Origin: an uncultured Candidatus Entotheonella sp.
GTDB lineage: Bacteria > Tectomicrobia > Entotheonellia > Entotheonellales > Entotheonellaceae
Direction: 5' to 3'
DNA: 64,000 nt
NCBI GenBank assembly: GCA_965215335.1
Contig: CBDCDA010000001.1
Location: 1,696,001 to 1,760,000, forward strand
Made by a program: the position numbers and the translations under genes. The notes under the pieces were generated by a model. The model searched no databases, was not told where the DNA came from, and saw nothing but the letters and a program-made list of their open reading frames with translations. The first letter of the stretch is position 1; every line of letters begins with the position of its first letter. Of this stretch, positions 60,833-64,000 are shown one piece after another.

Positions 60833-62125
60833 CTACAGGCTCTGCAGGGCCGCGGCGCCGGCGCGCAGGGTGGCCTCGATGTCCGCGTCGGCGTGCGCCG
60901 TGGACAGGAATCCGGCCTCGTACTGCGAGGGCGCCAGGTAGACGCCGGCTTGCAGCATGGCGGCGAAGTAGCGGCGAAAGGCGGGAACGTCGCAGGCGCG
61001 GGCGTCGTCGAAATTGCGCACCGGCCCGGCGCTGAAGAACAGCGTGAACATCGAGCCCAGGGCGGTGGTGTAGACCGGCACCCCGTGCTGCCGGGCGGCC
61101 TTGGCGGTTTCGTCCATCAGACAGGCGGCGCGTTCGCCGAGGGCCGCGTAGGGCGGCGCGGCGCGCAGGATCTCCAGGGTGGCGATGCCGGCGGCCATGG
61201 CCAGGGGGTTGCCGGACAGCGTGCCGGCCTGGTAGACCGGCCCGACCGGGGACACGTGCTCCATGATCTCCCGCTTGCCGCCGTAGGCGCCGACAGGCAG
61301 GCCGCCGCCGATGACCTTGCCCAGGGTGGTAAGGTCGGGATCGATGTCGTACAGGGTCTGCACGCCACCGTAGGCCACCCGGAAGCCCGTCATCACTTCG
61401 TCGAGGACCAGCAGCGTGTCGTGCTGGCGCGTCAGGTCGCGCAGCCCCTGCAGGAAGCCGGGTTCCGGCGGCACCAGGCCCATGTTGCCGACGGCCGGCT
61501 CGACGATGGCGCACGCCACCTGGCCGGGGTTCTGCGCCAGCGCCGCGCGCACGGCGTCGAGATCGTTGAACGGCACGGTGAGGGTATGGCGGGCGAGGTC
61601 GGCGGGCACGCCGGGGCTGTCGGGCACCCCGAAGGTCATGGCGCCGGAGCCGGCCTTCACCAGCAGGCTGTCGGCGTGGCCGTGGTAGCAGCCGGCGAAC
61701 TTGAGGATGCCGTCACGTCCGGTAAAGCCGCGCGCCAAGCGGATGGCGCTCATCGTCGCCTCGGTGCCGGAGTTCACCAGGCGCACCATGTCGATGGCCG
61801 GGAACGCCTCGACGAGCAGCCGCGCCAGGTGCACCTCGCGCGCCGTGGGCGCCCCGAAGCTGCAGCCCTCGGCGGCGGCGGCCTGCACCGCCGCCACCAC
61901 CTGCGGGTGCGCGTGCCCCAGGATCATCGGCCCCCACGAGCCCACGTAGTCGATGTAGGCGTTGCCGTCCACGTCGTAGAGCCGCGCGCCGGCGGCGCGC
62001 TGGATGAAGGGCGGCTGCAGGTTGACCGACCTGTACGCCCGCACCGGACTGTTGACGCCGCCGGGGATGATCTGCTGCGCCTGCTCGAAGAGCCCGGCGG
62101 AGGTGTCCGAACGCTGATCCGTCAC
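60833..62125 (-). CDS. hemL: Glutamate-1-semialdehyde 2,1-aminomutase
   Basis: PGGVNSPVRA, NSGTEATMSA, DEVMTGFR, GKVIGGGLP. Confidence 0.97.
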   Translation of the reverse strand: MTDQRSDTSAGLFEQAQQIIPGGVNSPVRAYRSVNLQPPFIQRAAGARLYDVDGNAYIDYVGSWGPMILGHAHPQVVAAVQAAAAEGCSFGAPTAREVHLARLLVEAFPAIDMVRLVNSGTEATMSAIRLARGFTGRDGILKFAGCYHGHADSLLVKAGSGAMTFGVPDSPGVPADLARHTLTVPFNDLDAVRAALAQNPGQVACAIVEPAVGNMGLVPPEPGFLQGLRDLTRQHDTLLVLDEVMTGFRVAYGGVQTLYDIDPDLTTLGKVIGGGLPVGAYGGKREIMEHVSPVGPVYQAGTLSGNPLAMAAGIATLEILRAAPPYAALGERAACLMDETAKAARQHGVPVYTTALGSMFTLFFSAGPVRNFDDARACDVPAFRRYFAAMLQAGVYLAPSQYEAGFLSTAHADADIEATLRAGAAALQSL

Positions 62126-62129
62126 GGCG

Positions 62130-63002
62130 TCATTCCTTTCCTTGTGAGAGGTAGCGATCGATCAGCAGCCCCAGCCGCTCTCTGGCCGCCGCCGGAATCG
62201 TGGCCGGGTCGGTAATCAGGGCGTCCTGCAAGGCGGTGCTGCACGGGCATGCACGCTCCCCCTGCAGGGCGGGCACGGCGCTCGCGATGGTGTCCTGGGC
62301 GAGTTGCACGTTGCGCCGCAAGACCTCCAGGATGGCGCCAACGTCCACGTCGCTGGCGCTGTCGCGCCAGCAGTCGTAATCGGTACACAAGGCCAGCGTA
62401 GCGTAGCACAGCTCGGCTTCACGGGCCAGGCGCGCCTCGGGCAGGTTGGTCATGCCGATCACGTCCACGCCCCACTGCCGGTAGATCTGCGATTCGGCAC
62501 GAGTGGAAAACTGCGGCCCCTCGATGCACAGGTAGGTGCCGCCGGCATGCACCGTGGCCCCAGCCGTGGCCGCCGCCTGCCGCAGCGCCTGCGCCATGAC
62601 GCCGCAAACGGGGTCGGCAAAGGCGACGTGCGCCGCCACGGCATCGAAAAAGGTGGAGACGCGCGAGCGGGTGCGGTCGAAGAACTGATCCGGAATGACC
62701 ACGTCGCCGGGGTGGATGTCCTCGCGCATGCTGCCGACGGCGCTGACGGAGATGACCCATTCGACGCCGAGCGCTTTCATGCCGTAGAGGTTGGCGCGGA
62801 AGTTCATGGCGGACGGCGGGATACGGTGGCCGCGCCCGTGACGCGGCAGGAAGACTAGCTCCCGGCCCCCCAGGATGCCGAGAATGAAGGCGTCCGACGG
62901 CGCCCCGAAGGGCGTCTCGAGCCGCTCCTCGCTGACGTTTTCCAGAGCTGCCATGGAATACAGGCCACTGCCGCCGATGACCCCGATCCTGCCCTTGCGC
63001 AT
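62130..63002 (-). CDS. mtnP: S-methyl-5'-thioadenosine phosphorylase
   Basis: IGGSGLY, PRHGRGH, EGPQFSTRAES, TDYDCW. Confidence 0.93.
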   Translation of the reverse strand: MRKGRIGVIGGSGLYSMAALENVSEERLETPFGAPSDAFILGILGGRELVFLPRHGRGHRIPPSAMNFRANLYGMKALGVEWVISVSAVGSMREDIHPGDVVIPDQFFDRTRSRVSTFFDAVAAHVAFADPVCGVMAQALRQAAATAGATVHAGGTYLCIEGPQFSTRAESQIYRQWGVDVIGMTNLPEARLAREAELCYATLALCTDYDCWRDSASDVDVGAILEVLRRNVQLAQDTIASAVPALQGERACPCSTALQDALITDPATIPAAARERLGLLIDRYLSQGKE

Positions 63003-63092
63003 GGGTCGCGTTCTCCTCTGTTCCGGCTTCTGCCGGTGTGACGGGAAAATGCCTGCCTGCGTCGGATCAGCCCGCTAATCCGACCTGCCGCG

Positions 63093-64000
63093 TCAACCGG
63101 CCAGGTGTCCGGCAATCTGAACCGCGTTGAGCGCCGCGCCCTTGCGCAGGTTGTCGGCGACCACCCACAGGTGCAGGCCGTTGGGCACGGAGAGGTCGGC
63201 GCGAATGCGCCCGACGAAGACCTCGTCCTGACCGTTGGCGCGAATGGCCAGGGGGTATTCCTGTTCCCGGCAGTCGTCCTCGACCTCCACGCCGGGGGCC
63301 TGTTCGAGCAACTCGCGCACCCGCGGCACCCCGAGCGTGCGTTCGGTTTCGACGTAAACGGAAGCAGAGTGGCCGTGCGCCAGCGGCACGTAGACGACCG
63401 TGGCGCTCACCGGCAGATCGGGCGCCGCCAGCAGCTTTCGGGTCTCGTCGATCAGCGCCATTTCTTCCTCGCAGTAGCCATTGTCCAGAAACGTCCCGCC
63501 CTGCGGCAGGCAGTTGAAGGCGAGTTGGTGCGGAAACACCCTGGCCTCCGCCGGGCGAAAATTCAGCAAGCCGCGCAACTGCTGATCGAACTCCCGCACG
63601 GCGTGGCGGCCGCGTCCCGAGGCGGCCTGATACGTCGATGCGACCACGCGCGCCAGGGTGCCCTCGAGGTGCAGAGGGGCCAGGACAAGGGCGAGTTGCG
63701 TCGTCATGGCATGCGGGATGGCGACGATGCCGTGATGGCGCCGCAGTACCTCGGGGTTGATTTCCGGCACGCACAGCGGCACGTGCGGGTGCAGGCGAAA
63801 GGCGCTGCTGCAGTCGATGACCAAGGCGCCGGCCTGCGCGACCTGGCGAGCATGATCGTGGCTCGCCTCGGCGGCGGCGGCGAAGATGGCGATGTCCACC
63901 TCGTCAAAGGCATCCTGGCTCAGCTCGCGCACCACCGTGCTGCGGCCGCGAAACTCCACGCGGCTGCCGGCGGAGTGGTCCGAGGCCAGCAGGGTGAGGG
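63093..64000 (-). CDS. Aspartate-semialdehyde dehydrogenase family protein, Usg-like (5' end outside the window)
   Basis: IDCSSAFR, VPEIN, STYQAASG, AFNCLP, DNLRKGAALNAVQIA; IAxPNC is replaced by VAIPHA. Confidence 0.88.
   Translation of the reverse strand, partial: LTLLASDHSAGSRVEFRGRSTVVRELSQDAFDEVDIAIFAAAAEASHDHARQVAQAGALVIDCSSAFRLHPHVPLCVPEINPEVLRRHHGIVAIPHAMTTQLALVLAPLHLEGTLARVVASTYQAASGRGRHAVREFDQQLRGLLNFRPAEARVFPHQLAFNCLPQGGTFLDNGYCEEEMALIDETRKLLAAPDLPVSATVVYVPLAHGHSASVYVETERTLGVPRVRELLEQAPGVEVEDDCREQEYPLAIRANGQDEVFVGRIRADLSVPNGLHLWVVADNLRKGAALNAVQIAGHLAG

Overview
GC-rich bacterial chromosomal segment, mostly housekeeping and metabolic genes. The producer is diderm (Slam and other beta-barrels); the gene mix resembles deltaproteobacteria-like or Tectomicrobia-like marine/sponge genomes, which is inference only. 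Content in order: groEL (partial)/groES with a perfect CIRCE; HNH; PIG-L deacetylase; quinone oxidoreductase; methyltransferase; livHMGF-X-K; an isolated nuoB-C-I-D cassette; iscSU; HDAC; MurU/AmgK-like pair; CCA enzyme; trpEG; a small catabolic cluster; SWIM-SNF2; ugd-larC(N); HIT; tyrS; etfBA; leuS; thiL; proXWV; a Slam/type XI secretion pair; tRNA-fMet; ftsB; hemL; mtnP; and a Usg-like asd paralog. The best signals are missed or split by the ORF track: (1) an in-frame UGA giving a D-U-G-S-C selenoprotein coupled to a GWTDGLPVVPPT partner; (2) a 54-aa secreted (NPC)5 Cys-repeat peptide with its own promoter and terminator next to the Slam locus; (3) a 39-aa Trp-rich leader peptide upstream of trpE, whose promoter carries an exact 16-bp duplication; (4) a 38-aa Lys/Arg-rich microprotein; (5) a promoter, two-hairpin RNA and terminator in front of a decayed NYN nuclease; (6) several enzymes lacking catalytic residues and many eroded gene remnants. 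No CRISPR array, integrase or transposase was seen.
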